Positions 25,120 to 38,474 of a stretch of DNA of 64,000 nucleotides are shown in pieces. Under the pieces are notes generated by a model. That model worked only from the letters and a program-made list of their open reading frames with translations, ran no database searches and had not been told where the DNA came from. Positions within the stretch are counted from its first letter, which is position 1. Each line of letters opens with the position of its first letter. The position numbers and the translations under genes were made by a program. Origin of the DNA: Octopus vulgaris (Eukaryota); NCBI GenBank assembly GCA_951406725.2, contig OX597814.1, forward strand, positions 158,782,001-158,846,000, given 5' to 3'.

Positions 25120-25640
25120 AAATATAATTTAATGTTCACAGTATTTAAAATAAGAGCTACTAACAGTTTTTGCCATAGAGACACTGAGATGAGGGAAATA
25201 CATATAACATACTTTCTTCGGATAATCTTCAGGCTCAAGACACATATTTAGTTCTGTTTGAAAACCAGGACACTGGTACATGAGAAATCATAGTGAAAAA
25301 TGTAAAGAAATGTGGAATGAGAAGACAAAGGGTGGATGAAAATGGAAAAAGAAAGGAAAGAAAGGGCAAATTGAGACTTATGTCCCCTTGGACTGTAGAA
25401 ATCCTTATTAATCTAGCTGGCATGGAATAATTTAACAAGGAGGCATCCAAAAACCTGTGAGATAGTTACTCAATCTAAAGAGGGTGGTGTCTTTCAGTTT
25501 GATAAAAGAAATTTGTCCATGTGCTTGCATTTGCTGGAAATTTTGGATCTGGAATTAAGTAATGTGATAAAACTTTTGGATCTTAACAGAATGCACGACC
25601 TTTTAGCTATGCATAAGCTACATCCTTTGACCCATGGTGG
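25120..25640 (-). mobile_element. Penelope-like element 3' end: GIY-YIG C-terminus plus pLTR
   Basis: Minus frame KGCSLCIAKRSCILLRSKSFITLLNSRSKISSKCKHMDKFLLSN* matches the PLE endonuclease tail CxLC..EK..I..LNxRxE..SKC(R/K)HxxKFLL. A hammerhead-like motif follows downstream. Confidence 0.75.
25154..25236 (-). ncRNA. Degenerate hammerhead motif in a PLE pLTR
   Basis: GAGC-CTGAAGA-...-GGCA-(A)AAAC-TGTTA-GTA-GCTC: 4-bp stem I and stem III ACT/AGT are intact, but G12 appears mutated to A and stem II is decayed. Confidence 0.55.
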
Positions 25641-26280
25641 TTGCAGTGGTGTCAGTGGAGATGTCATTGTTGTTGCTGCTGTTATTGTTGCTTAACTCCA
25701 GTTCAACTATAGCACAATCTTCAAATTGTTTTTGGACACAGCTATCTAAGACTATATCATCTAATGCATCCAAATTTTTGTAAGATGGTATTGTGAATCA
25801 AAATGAAATTTAGATGTTATATCTGGTGAATTGCACAACCATATTCATGTTCCCTCACTAGCACATTTCACATATGTATAACATTGTAGCAAAGAGGTTT
25901 TTTTTAAATAACAATTTTCTGTTATTTATAGACAGTCATCTCAGTTCTGAAAGCAAGGCACCTAGTTGAATAGCATTAGTAGTGATGAGTAGGGCACAAG
26001 AGTGCAGCTAAATATTCAAAGTGCCTGACTGTTTAGACAGAACAGTACTTGCTGTGTTCCCAAGGAGGAGTACAAATTTCTGAAAAAACTTTGTGGTTTG
26101 AACTGTGACTGAGTTTGTGGTGATTAACCTCATGCAAAGATGCAAAAGCAGTGTAAGTTTTACACTGACTCGAGTCTGGTGCAGCCTTCCAGCATGCCAG
26201 CCCGGCCAAACCATCCAACCCATGCCAGCGTGAACAATGGACGTTAAATGAAGATGATGATGATGTGTGTGTGTGTGTGA

Positions 26281-26312
<32 letters not shown>

Positions 26313-26473
26313 GTGCTAACATGGATGCGCGGTTAAGAAGTTCACTTCCAACAATGTGGATTCAAGTTCAGTCCTTCAGTTTAACACTTGAACAAATTTC
26401 TTCAAGTTTAGCCTGGACAAACCAAAACCTTGTGAGAGGTGGATAGAAAGTGAGAGAAACCAATCTTGTGTGT

Positions 26474-26530
<57 letters not shown>

Positions 26531-27814
26531 GTGTGTGTGTGTGTGTGTGTATGTGTGTGTATGTATGTGTGTGTGTGTGTGCGAGTGTGTGCATGTGAGT
26601 GTTTGTGTGTGTGTTTGTGTGTGTGTTATTATCACTATTACCCTCATTTAATGCCCACTATGATCTTTGAGATGTAAGTTCCCTCTGTCAGGACTGACCT
26701 GGCCATAAAACCTAACAATGACATCAAGAACAACTATAACAACATCAACAACAACAGCAATGACATCAATGATAAGAGCAAGAAATGACAAAATTAATAA
26801 CTACAGATGCAACAAGAAAATCTTGAGATTATCAGTGCAGCACAATCAAGGTCATAGCACTATATGAAGAAGTCGACAATTTGTTTGGTATTCAAAAGGG
26901 TATATTTATATCATCAATTAAGCTTACTCTTTAGGATCAGGAAATGCTTCAGCACTAATTAAGTATTGATTTTTTCTACAAGAAAACAAAACATTGTACA
27001 TCCAAGTGCTGCTCTCATATCTGATAATAACCTGCCTGAGCAAACTCAAAATATAAGAATGGTTATCCAGTAAGTGGTTTCTTTTTCTGTTATAAATGAG
27101 AAAAATACCTTTCTCTCTGCAATTTAGTATGATTCAGACCAGATTGCAACAAAAATAATTTTCACCTGAGGAATTTTGTTTTTATGATAATGACTTGCAT
27201 CAATAACAATAACATCCAAGAGTACTACCAAATCAATGAGCTAAGTTAATAAAAATATCCTCCTCACACACATCAGTTGGTTTTCCCTCTTAAATCAGTA
27301 TCTGCTCAGGGGCTATCAAACAAACCCAAGAAAATTCATCTAAGTGATGGGGGCAACAATACTTTCATCATAAAGGTTGGCCTGGAACTAAATAACAACA
27401 GTTATAAGTGTTTCAAGTCAACATGAAATCTTGTATATTAGTGTCTTTTATGCCTTCCCCTCTGTCATTTACCACCCAGTTTGGGGAAATCTGCCTTTTA
27501 TGTTACATATAACAATACAGACTAAATCATTTGTATATGAAAAATTTATAGAAATGTGATGTACTGAATACCATAAACAAAAAATTCCTAACACAGTGAA
27601 ATTTCCTTTTCAGTTAGAGAAAGGAAACAAAACCTAGCATGATTCGTTTTTGATGCCCAAAGAAAAAGGTAGATAACTTCAAGAAATGACAAATTAATCT
27701 TTCAAATTTAATTTGCTTAGAAGAAATACTCATGTTGCTGTCAGCATGCTATCATCAAGATAGTGTGTTAGCATACACACATGCACACAGATACACATAC
27801 AAACTATATATATA

Positions 27815-28652
27815 TGAGGTCTGATCAATAAATGAAGCCACTTGACACATTGACCTTGACCTCTGCTGTGTATGTGCACTAAGTTTTAACATTCTAAGCT
27901 CACTTCCACTGTTTACAGCAGTGCTTGGAAGTAACTTGTGTAACGTGTGATTGTCGCATTGATAATGACAGAGAAAGTTGTCATGGTGATACCTGCTTAG
28001 AGGCCAATGCAAAGTTGTATGGAGAGGAATGTATGAGCAGCACACAAGTGTACAAGTGGTTCAGACATTTTCAAGATGGCTGAAAAAATGTTGAAAGTGA
28101 CGAACGTTCTGGGAACCCACAACCAGCAGAACTGAGAAAAACATCACAGATGTGCATGCAGCTGTGAGAGAAATTATTGAATAACCACCCGTGAGTTATC
28201 AGAGGATGTGCAGATTAGTTACAGTCCAGTTCAGTCCATTATCACAGAAGATTTGGGTATGAGATGCGTGTCTGACAAGTTTGTGCCAAAACTGCTTTCA
28301 GCTGACCAAAAAGACGCTTGGGTTTCAGTTGCACAAAATCTCCTTGATTGTGTAGAGAATGATGAAAACTTTTTGAAAACTTTGTGTAGGCCTCTCAGCA
28401 GGTATCATCAAGCTTTTGGCTAAATTTGATGCAGATTCTCTCCTTGACTTTCTGTCATGATCAATGCAATGAACACATGCAACACACTTTCCTCCCAAGC
28501 ACTGCTGTAAACAGCAGAAGTGAGTTACAATGTTAAAACTTATTGTGCATGCACAGCAGAGTTCAAGGTCAATCCGTGCCCAGTGGCTTTACTCTGAATG
28601 CTTTAGCTTCGTTACTATGGCAGTAGTCCGGATACTTATTGATCAGACCATG
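27815..28652 (+). mobile_element. Internally deleted mariner derivative with extended (~120-150 bp) inverted ends
   Basis: TA|TGAGGTCTGATCAATAA ... TTATTGATCAGACCATG|TA; subterminal inversion 27848-27930 vs 28495-28573; transposase N-terminal remnant VYKWFRHFQDG...DERSG...EDLGMRCVSDKFVPKLLSADQK. Confidence 0.85.
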
Positions 28653-28895
28653 TATGTATGTATGTATGTATGTATGTATGTAGGTATGTATGTATGTATG
28701 TATGTATGTATGTTTGTATGTATGTATGTAGGTATGTATGTATGTATGTATGTATGTATGTATGTATGTATGTATGTATGTATGTATGTATGTATGTATG
28801 TATGTATGTATCTATCTATCTATCTAGCTATGCCTACATGCATGTATGTATGTATGTATGTATGTATGTATGTATGTATGTATGTATGTATGTAT
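28650..28895. repeat. (TATG)n tetranucleotide microsatellite, representative of many (TA)n, (CA)n, (TATG)n, (GATA)n, (GA)n tracts
   Basis: Directly visible. Others include 13100-13165, 17445-17655, 20610-20820, 24045-24275, 26467-26625 and 48688-48750. Confidence 0.97.
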
Positions 28896-30400
28896 AAGAA
28901 ATTTTAATGTTTTACATAAAACCCATTCCCCATCCTTAATTCGGCAGAAAGTTAAAAGGAGCCTATTTTTGGCTTGGAACTCTTATTTGTAGATATTAAA
29001 CTTTGTCAATTTTATGGGGACTCTTCTTTTTCTTCAAACTAAATAAATAAGATATGAAAAAGTTTTGTATTACTGACTCAATCAACAGTTAAAATCATGT
29101 TGTTATTGAAGTTAGCATTTATTTTGTCTAAGTTTATTAGTACTGATGTAACTGTGGGTTTAAGAAGTTCATTGCATGATCAGGTGATTCTAGATTCAAG
29201 TCCACTATGCAGTACTTTAGGTAAATCTCATCTAATATAACTCTCAGTTGATCTAAGCTTTGTGGGAGAAATTCTGTAGAGAGAAAGAGTGTGAAGCCTT
29301 TCAGATGAACTGTAGCTATTCTTAAACAAACAGTAGACTTACTTAACCTGTCACTCACTTTAACACCACTACCTGGCTTTTAGACATCTTTAGAAATATT
29401 TACTTCTGTGGCCAGAGCTTATCCAAATTTTTTAGTAATTTAAGCTGAAAGTACAAAGCGTCCCACTAACTAGAACACCCATCTACTATAGCATACTTAT
29501 TTTCAGCTGAGCATACTGAAGCAATACGAAATGAATGGCTTCTCTCTAGGACACCATGTACCACACAATACCACCCAATCAGAGAATTAAATGCAAACTA
29601 ATGATTGTGAGCCCAACACCTTACCCTCTAGGTCATGCACCTTCACAATATCCATTTACTTGCAAGGATTCTGATCTGGTCTGTGGTCTAAAGATAAATA
29701 ATTCAAGCCATTTTCCTTGTCTTCTTCTACCAGCCTAGAAAGCACAGAAAAATGTTTATGACTACCTTTCTTACACTACATCATTAAAAGAGAAAAATGA
29801 TATGCATCTTCTATCAGGTTGGAAATAGATACCACTTTGGCTCATGTTACAAAATGTTTGGCCTAGTAAATCATACAGTGGTTATAAATTCCAGAGCTAT
29901 CCAATTTAGTATCACTATGAGTACTTAGGAGAATATTATCACATGAATGATAAGACATCAGACTTATTATACAGATAAAGCTTTCTAACATTCTTGAAAT
30001 AAAACATGATAATAAGGATGCTATATTAGAAAGTCTTCAAAATATCTAACAATTTAGGAATGTCAGTTAAATTAAAATGTATAAGAAAATGATATTTGAT
30101 TAAAATAACAGATTAAAGCTTCTTCCAAGCTTTTACAGATAATACACATCTATTTAATAAGTGTTAAGCAAATTTATATATCAACAGAAGTAAAAAGTTG
30201 TTGTTTAGGCCCAGATAAGCCTTGGTTGAGCAGATCTGTAATCAGCTATGACCCTCGTATCTTGTTCTGTATATAGAACTATATTTTTAAGAAAGGAGGG
30301 TGTGATTTAAGGCAATTTGGCTACTGTATATAATGGGGCAAAGCCTTGTGAATGGATTTGGTAGATGGAAACTGAAAAAAGCCCATCGTATACATGTATA

Positions 30401-30461
<61 letters not shown>

Positions 30462-31155
30462 ATATGTTTGTGTGTCTGTGTTTGTCCCCCCAACATCACT
30501 TGACAACCAATGCTGGTGTGTTTACATCCCCATAACTTAGCAGTTCAGCAAAAGAAACTGACAGAATAAGTACTAGGCTTACAAAGAAAAAGTCCCGGGG
30601 TTGATTTGCTTGACTAAAGAGGCTGTGCTCCAGCATGGCCATAGTCAAATGACTGAAACAAGACATACTCCAACCTCTAACCCTCAAATGTGCTCTCTCA
30701 TATATTTACATTTTATACTACAACTATTACAGCCTTTATTCCTTGAAGCTGACTTAGCTCAAGCCTCCTCCACATAGCCATTTTTGTTCTACTCTTCTTT
30801 TAAGAAGCTTGTTATGTCCATCCCCATCCCCACCTCTGGCCTTGTACTAATTACTGCACTCTGTCTTTCATTCTCAGATTATTAGCCCTCTGGAATTTTT
30901 TTTCTTCAGTCATATCATTGTCACTGGTGTTGACTTAAGAAAGGTTCAAGAGAAGTAATAATGGCATCAATCCCATTAGTCTTGGAGGGAAGTCAAAAGC
31001 CATGGACACCGGCCCTTTTTCCAGTAAGTAGCAAGTAAAGTAAAACACAACTGGGTGAGATGAAAGCCATAACAAGACCAGTGATAAAAGAAAGAGTGGT
31101 AGATGAGAATCAGAGTGATATAGCAAGAGGGTATTAGTGATGAAAGAACAATGAA

Positions 31156-31188
<33 letters not shown>

Positions 31189-32269
31189 GACAGAGAGAGA
31201 CAGGCAGACAGACAGACAGAGGGGGGGGAGATAAAGAGAAAGATTGAGAGAAAGATGGATAGAGAATGGTAGAAAGAGTGAAAGACAGTTACATGATGGC
31301 TGTCAGTAAATAGAGGAAAGATGAAGAAAAAGGAAATAAAGGAAGATATAAAAGTACAGTTCTTAACATGGGAGGCAAAACTGATTATTGTTATGATAAA
31401 ATTTCATTGTTTTACTTTTATAACTTTGTCATTTTGCCGTAAATGGCTACTGTGAATTACATTCATTCAAATTTTACCATACTGCAGGACTGCTACAGTG
31501 TTCTTACATGGTCTCTATCTAGCCTTATTAGTTGTTTTCTACAAGAAAAATTTTAGTCTTAATCAATTCTATAGCAAACTTATTGAAAAAATATCAAAGA
31601 CAATCAAAGATAAATAAGCCTCTTATTCAACAGTATTAAAACTGGTGTAGATAGAAATGTGATAAAAATGCATTTCTAATGATAACAACAGAAGATCCGT
31701 TATCTAACAGAAGTATATGACAAAGTTAGAAGTTACAACAAACTGTAAAGAAAAGAAAAGTTCTATGACTGCAAGAAAAAGAAGATGATCTACAATATCA
31801 TTGTTAGTACATGTGATGTGAACTAAGATAAAAATACATATCATCACCCTAATGTTCTGTAAGAAAAAAAAAAGCAAGAAATGTAAAGAAAATATAGTTA
31901 GGGCATATTTTTATTTTTATAACTAGTAATTTATTCTTTGAGCACTTTTATGCAGAACACATATGTCTGGTATCTGAGTCACCAGAGAATATGTTATTCT
32001 GAAAATATCTTATGTAGATTACTATCACAAGTATATTAAAAAGAGTACTGATGCAAGGGAAGATAACATTTGTTTTTTACAAAGCTTTTACTTTAAATGT
32101 TTAAAATTTGACTATTTCAATAATTCACTCTTAACAATTATGAAAAAAAAACACTACAGGGAAAAGAAACAGCAAAAAGAAAGTGTAAGAGGATTAGAAA
32201 AAGAAGGGAGAGGCAAAGTGAGAGAACAGTGTAATATTTATTTGTAAATTAACATGTTCTCTCAGATAA

Positions 32270-32990
32270 TGCTCAATCAGTTCTTGTGTTCCTAAGTATT
32301 TGGTCTTGTGCCTCACTCTTTCCTTCTATACATCAAAGATCGACTTGTTGCCACATCAAGCAATACCCACTCTTATGTAGACAACATGACTCTTTGTAAT
32401 CTTCCTTAACTATTATCCACGACCCAAAAACTATATTTCAAAATTACAAGACCTTGAGAGTGAGGCTATACAAACCTTGTCATCATCACACTACAAGAGC
32501 CCTTACAGTTTCTCTAAATGCTGGGCCTCACTGTCACCAATGATCCCTCTTAGTGAAAGTTCATTCTTAGCGCAGCTAGAACTGCATCCTGAAGGCTAGC
32601 CCTCCACTTTAGGGTCAAAAGAAGAGTGTGGGAGAATTTGAGAGAGAGAGAGATGATGCAAGAACATTTACAGCACTTCACCCTCTCTACTCTAGAGGGA
32701 CTCACAGCTAAAACTTATACAAATTCCACAAATCACAATTTGTGAATATCTCTCATGCTTATCATATTTTTGTAACATAACCATTATGCCTCAGAGATTA
32801 GACTTTCTTTCTGTGGCCATAAATTATAAATTTCTATCATTAAGGCAAAGATTCACAAGGCTCTAAATACTAAACTGTGTACTACTCTCACTGAAATCAA
32901 ATCAATGTATTTTCACTTCCAGCATTTTCCCATCCCTGCTGTATCACTCTCATAAATCTCTACACTAGACACTTTGTTCAAACATCTACC
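32270..32990 (+). pseudogene. Old LINE RT C-terminal fragment
   Basis: FLLYIKD.LVATSSNTHSYVDNMTL, equivalent to LFLLYINDL...HSYADDSTL. Confidence 0.55.
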
Positions 32991-33002
32991 TCTAAAGCCC
33001 TC

Positions 33003-33408
33003 TCTTACTCTTTTACTCTTTTACTTGTTTCGGTCATTTTACTGTGGCCATGCTGGAGCACCGTCTTTAGTCGAGCAAATCAACCCCAGGACTTATTCTT
33101 TGTAAGCCTAGTACTTATTCTATCGGTCTCTTTTGCCAAACTGCTAAGTTATGTGGACGTAAACACACCAGCATCAGTTGTCAAGCAATGTTGGGGGGAC
33201 AAACACAGATGCACATACATATACACACACACATAGATATATATACACATATATACAATGGGCTTCTTACAGTTTCCATCTACCAAATCCACTCACAAGG
33301 CTTTGGTCTGCCTGAGGCTATAGTAGAAGACACTTGCCCAAGGTGCCACACAATGAGACTGAACCCAGAACCATGTGGTTGGTAAGCAAGCTACTCACTA
33401 GACAGCCC
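33003..33408 (-). mobile_element. tRNA-derived SINE, family C, full length with (AAAGAGT)n-like tail
   Basis: Minus: GGCTGT..AGTAGCTTGCTTACCAACCACATGGTTCTGGGTTCAGTC...CACCTTGGGCAAGTGTCTTCTACTATAGCC...internal (TA/TG)n...GAAACAAGTAAAAGAGTAAAAGAG. Partial copies at ~30338-30662, 38128-38445, 26325-26470, 48560-48680 (+) and 17640-17790 (-). Confidence 0.85.
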
Positions 33409-35094
33409 TATTTATTAATTTTTCCCTAACAGTATTAACCTGCAGAAATTTAGACTAATTTTCACTAGTCTGTGATAACCAACAAAGGCTATGTGTACTA
33501 CCCATCCCTTCTAGACTAACAGTTTAAGAAGTTGCATACTCAAAATAAAGGTAGGTATCTCACACTCAGCTAGTGAGATATTCATTAAAAGTGGAAAAAT
33601 TGAAATTATATATGTAAGAATGTAAACAAAATAGTAAAATTAAAAACTAGAAACAACTTTAAATAAACGACTTCCTCTTAGATAATAACTAAAGAGAAAC
33701 AACAATAGCCAGCAACAACGAAACAATTAATATTACTATCTTTGTTAAGAAAATTCAAGATATTACATACTTGAATACAAATTAGAAAGATTGTACTCCT
33801 ACACAGTCTGAGAATAATTGAACGTTTTTACTAAAGTTGCCAAATGGCAATTAAATCTAGTGAAGATGCTCTTTTAAGATAGAGGAGTATAACTTGGCCA
33901 AAATAAATATTTTTATCTAAGAGTAAAAACAGACAGTACTGTAAAACAGACATCAAACATTGTAGTTTACATCTAACTGTTTGCCATATGGTATATTCTA
34001 ATGGTAATTTTAAATCCATGATGACAATGATGATGATTATGTGTGTGAAGTAAATACAAGTTTTGTCTAAAGAATTTCCTGCAAAACTATAAATCATAGT
34101 TTTTGCATTATATTAACATTTATACTGTTTATGCTGTCAGTTTTGGAGTCAATATTCAGGATACTGGAGTGCATTTTAAAGGAATATATATGGTTGTATA
34201 TTATTAAATGCTACCAACAATTTATTACTTCAGAAATGAACAATTTACTCTTGCATCCTTTACATGTCAGAAGCTACATTTGAAAAATAATAATACATAG
34301 GATAGAACATTCTAATGAGATTATCAACTAAATACAGCCAAAAGTTATTTGAATTGATGGTATTTCATAATTTTGTGATATAAAGTTTCTGTCTGGTGTA
34401 TGACATTGGGTTTTCTCCACCTCATATCTGGAAGATCTTTCAACAAAATCTTCTTAATATACTCAGCCATATCAAATATTATTGACTAAACAACATATTT
34501 ATAAACTCTGCTTCGTCAATCACTAGAACACTCAAATGTTGTTCAAGATCTTCAGCACTCTCTGGATTCAGAGAGTAACCAATGAGCAATTCCGTTGGAC
34601 CCCTGCTCCCACCTCTGACAAACAATGACAAACAAAATAGCAAAATGACTGCTACAATTTACCAAGCACAGTTTATTGGAGCTACACAATAGCCAAGCCA
34701 TCATCTGGGAACTGACTATAGGCATCCCGATGGAGTACAGTGATGCCATAACTACTGATCTGCTTAGAACACTGATGCTGAAATGGGGTATGTAATGTAC
34801 ATAATCTATCTAAAATAAGTGCAATGTAGCTTTGTCAAGTACACCAGTGATAGCAATTTTTTTTATGTCAGATATTCCTTCGATATTTTTCAGCACAAAT
34901 GGAAAGTTTTATTTACTTTCAGCTAGGTATCATATTCTTTGATGTATTGAAAGTTGGCACAATAAACCCTCAGTTCAATGTTATTACAAAACATTTTTTG
35001 CCTTCAGATTCATGATAACACTCTGTTTTGCATTGCCTTAAAGTATAATATATTGCTTGAAATAGTTAATCATTATTGATACTTAAATATTTTA

Positions 35095-35515
35095 AGGTGG
35101 CAAGCTGGTAGAATCATTAGCACACTCGGTAAAATGCTTAGCAGCATTTCATCCATTCTAAGTTCAAATTCCACCAAGGTTGACTTCACCTTTCATCCTT
35201 TCGAGGTTGATAAAGCAAGAGCCAGTTGAACACTGGGGTCGAAATTGCTGGCCTTGTGCCAAAATTTAAAACCAATAATTCAATAATTTAAATAATTTAA
35301 GATGGTGAGCTGGCAGAAACATTACTGTACCAGGCAAAATGCTTGCAGTATTTTGTTTGTTTTTAGGTTCTGAGTTCAAATGCTGCCAAGGTCAACTTTG
35401 CTTTTCATCCTTTTGGACGTCAATAAAATATGTACCAGTTGAGCACTGAAGTTGATGTAAATGATTTGCCCCCTCTCCTGAAATTCCTGGCCTTGTGCCA
35501 AAATTTTAGACCAAT
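35095..35515 (+). mobile_element. Tandem pair of family-A SINEs
   Basis: Heads at ~35095 and ~35300, each ending CCTTGTGCCAAAATTT...ACCAAT. Confidence 0.85.
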
Positions 35516-35699
35516 ATTTAAATAATTTAGTCATATGTGCATGCATGAGCACACACACACTCTCTGTCTCCCTCCCTCTCTCTCTCACACACACACATAC
35601 ACACATACACACTCATATACTCTCATATACTTGTATATTTATGTGCTGTTGAAGTGATTTGATGATGCATCAGTTGGTGGAACTGTTGTGTACCACATG

Positions 35700-36870
35700 A
35701 TGGGTATTGCCTTGCACCAAAGGGTTTTTAAATTGATATGGCATTACATTCTGCTTTCAGAATCTTCTAACCAGTTTTGTCTACAAAACACCCAGCTCCA
35801 ATATACATCAATTGGGCTCTCTTGACTGAAGCATTTTCACAAAAACATATGAATTTGATACGTAATCTCTTATGCTTGTAGGAATTTCTTGGTAACCAAG
35901 CAACAGGCATTGCTTGTCAGTATATCCGTAACTAACTTGCTGTTTTTGTTTTGGGTTATGGTGGACTATATGTAAACCAACACGATAAGATATCACTTTT
36001 AATTCTGATCTAACAAGCCAAACGGGATTTATTATAACATATCTGGTCATAATCTATTACTGATGAAAATAGATATTCTGATGTACCAGTACATGCAATA
36101 TAAAAGAAACTTTTGGTGCTACAAAAGAGCAAACTTTCAAGACATTCAATACCAGCCTGAAACAATTATAAAACAATATTTAAAGGAAAATGTATTGAAA
36201 ATATGTGTGCTCAGGCATAGTGACTATATGAATATGTGAAACCTTGATCACGTTTATCCTATGCAAAACCAACAGTAAAATGCTGAGTGATGAAGCCTAG
36301 ATGTATGATGAAGAGTAATACTCCAAAGCAACAAAGAAGGTAATGTGATAACTTAAACCTAATAAAACCATCAACTTTGACTAGATTCCAACTAAAATTC
36401 TAAAGAAATGTTGTATGAAATTAGCCAGGCTATTGTGTTGACCCTATCACATTTGAATCATTTGCAGTGTATTTCCAAACCACTGGAAAATTACTGTTAT
36501 GATTCTTATAAATAAAAAGGATTACAGAACTGATCCATGCAAATACATTCTGTCAATACCATTACTTTGCATTATTAACAAAACAATAAAATCAATGATC
36601 CGGGCTAGTTATGTAAAAAATTAACTCCTGTCTAAAAGGCAATTTGACTTCCAAAAACACAACACACAGATATTCTCTTTTTTTTTTTTCAGACATTAAA
36701 CTGTTCCATCAGACCTAGCCCTGGACTTCAAAAAGCTTTTGACAGAGTTTGGCACAACAGACTTTGTGCCAAGCTGGAATCTAAGGGAATATTTAAAACT
36801 ACCAAGATAGAAGCAAAGCCATCTTAGCAAGAGAACAATCGAGGTCATCCCTTCAGATCAACACTCCTAA
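35700..36870 (+). pseudogene. Decayed CR1/L2-type LINE (RT start, possible endonuclease remnant upstream)
   Basis: IPTKILKKC, FPNHWKITVMILINKKDYRTDPCKY, RQFDFQK, ALD/KAFDRVWH. The endonuclease-like portion upstream is weak. Confidence 0.7.
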
Positions 36871-37239
36871 GTTAATTTCTGCTATCAGTTTTATAATTGG
36901 TAGGAAATCTGAGTAAAGTTGAAGAATTATTTCCCAGGTGGTTGTGTTAGCCAAGAACATGAATAAGATAATGGCATTCAGAAAAGAGTTGTTTTAGTTG
37001 GCTTGGTGTGAATCATTTAGAATATAGAGTTTTATTGTGATGCTTGTAAGATTTGTACTATATGAAACCAGGAGGTTACTGAATGCATTTGTAATAGTTT
37101 TTTAGTGTTGTAACTGGAATGAGTAACCTTGTGGGACTATTGGTGAGGTATGTGCTGATATATATACAGGTGTTGGACAAAATAATGGAAACACGTAGCA
37201 TCATAAAACAAGATGAAGGTGGGTACAAAAGGTGGAATG

Positions 37240-37690
37240 GTAAAAAAAATGGAAAATGAAAGGAAAATAAATAAGAATTAGAGTTATGTGTCCTTTGACT
37301 ATGGAGCCATAAGGTTAAATAGAGTGGAATCAATGGAAGGACTATAAACTCTACAATACAGCTGCTCAACCCAAAGAGGGTGATAATATCCAACTCACCA
37401 AAAGTAACTTGTCTATATGTTTGCATTTGCTGCTGAAAATTTCTTATCTGGAATTCAGCAGTGTGGTAGAATTCTTAGACGTAAAAAGGACATGTGATTT
37501 TTCAGCTATGCATAGCTTACATTTTTTTGATCCATTAACATATGGCGTTGATTTTTCAGATATTTTCCACCAGATTGCATGAGGTGTGGAGCTGGTCTTC
37601 AAACTACATATGTGGCTAGGCTAGCCATCTTATTGGCTTTACTTTTGTCCATGTGCCAAAAAGAAGATAAGTGGTTAGCACAGCAACTAT
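37240..37690 (-). mobile_element. Penelope-like GIY-YIG C-terminal fragment plus partial 3' region
   Basis: ANHLSSF.H..KANKMASLATYV / LKTSSTPHAIWWKISEKSTPYVNGSKKCKLCIAEKSHVLF...LLNSR*EIFSSKCKHIDK; homologous to 25330-25640. Confidence 0.8.
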
Positions 37691-37692
37691 GC

Positions 37693-37750
<58 letters not shown>

Positions 37751-38031
37751 GTGTGTAAGTGTTTGTATATATCATCATCATCATCATCATCATCATTTAA
37801 CGTCCGCTTTCCATGCTAGCATGGGTTGGACGGTTCAACTGGGGTCTGGGGAGCCCGAAAGCTGCACCAGTCCAGTCAGATCTGGCAGTGTTTCTACAGC
37901 TGGATGCCCTTCCTAACGGGATGCCCTTATATATATTGGTAAAAACGTTAAGATAACAAAAGAAAGAAAGATACCTCAATATTATGTAAATAGAGGAAGT
38001 TTTTCTGTAAAATAATATGTGACATTATTCA

Positions 38032-38107
38032 ATAGCCAAGATAAAACTCTGAGTTTCGGATGCCAAGGTGGAAATCCACAACACCATCTCTTCGGTTACC
38101 TGGCTAT
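38032..38107 (-). ncRNA. Hammerhead-like motif with long stem I and a variant core
   Basis: ATAGCCAGGTAA-CCGAAGA-GATG...GTGGA/TCCAC...CATC-c-GAAAC-TCAGA-GTT-TTATCTTGGCTAT: ~12-bp stem I, quasi-palindromic stem III ACTC-A-GAGT, U4-to-C variant. Confidence 0.6.
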
Positions 38108-38294
38108 CTGAAAAAGTTTTTTCAGAATGGCTGTGTGGTAAGAAGCTTGCTTCTCAACCACATGGCTCCAGGTTCAGTCCCATTATGTAGCACCTTGGAC
38201 AAGTGTCTTCTACTATAGCCTTGGGCTGACCAAAGCCTTATGAGTGGATTTGGTAGATGGAAAGTGAAAGAAGCCTGTTGGTATATATGTATAG

Positions 38295-38327
<33 letters not shown>

Positions 38328-38329
38328 AA

Positions 38330-38383
<54 letters not shown>

Positions 38384-38474
38384 AATATGTATGTATGTAT
38401 GTATTTGTTATTTGTGTCTGTGTTTGTCTCTCCACCATCGCTTGATTCAGTGCCTTATTATTTAACACACCCCC

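Noticed and set aside
26950-27620. Possible very old Penelope RT remnants (KNGYP-like), also near 31400-31700
   Set aside because: Too degenerate to support by eye; needs a profile search.
34552-34790. GC-richer island with possible splice signals and short ORFs
   Set aside because: No FN3 or other domain recognised, and stops occur in the phase-compatible frames; more likely an old LINE remnant.
37166-37205. Tc1-like terminus TA|CAGGTGTTGGACAAAATAATGGAAAC
   Set aside because: No partner TIR or transposase found; solo fragment only.
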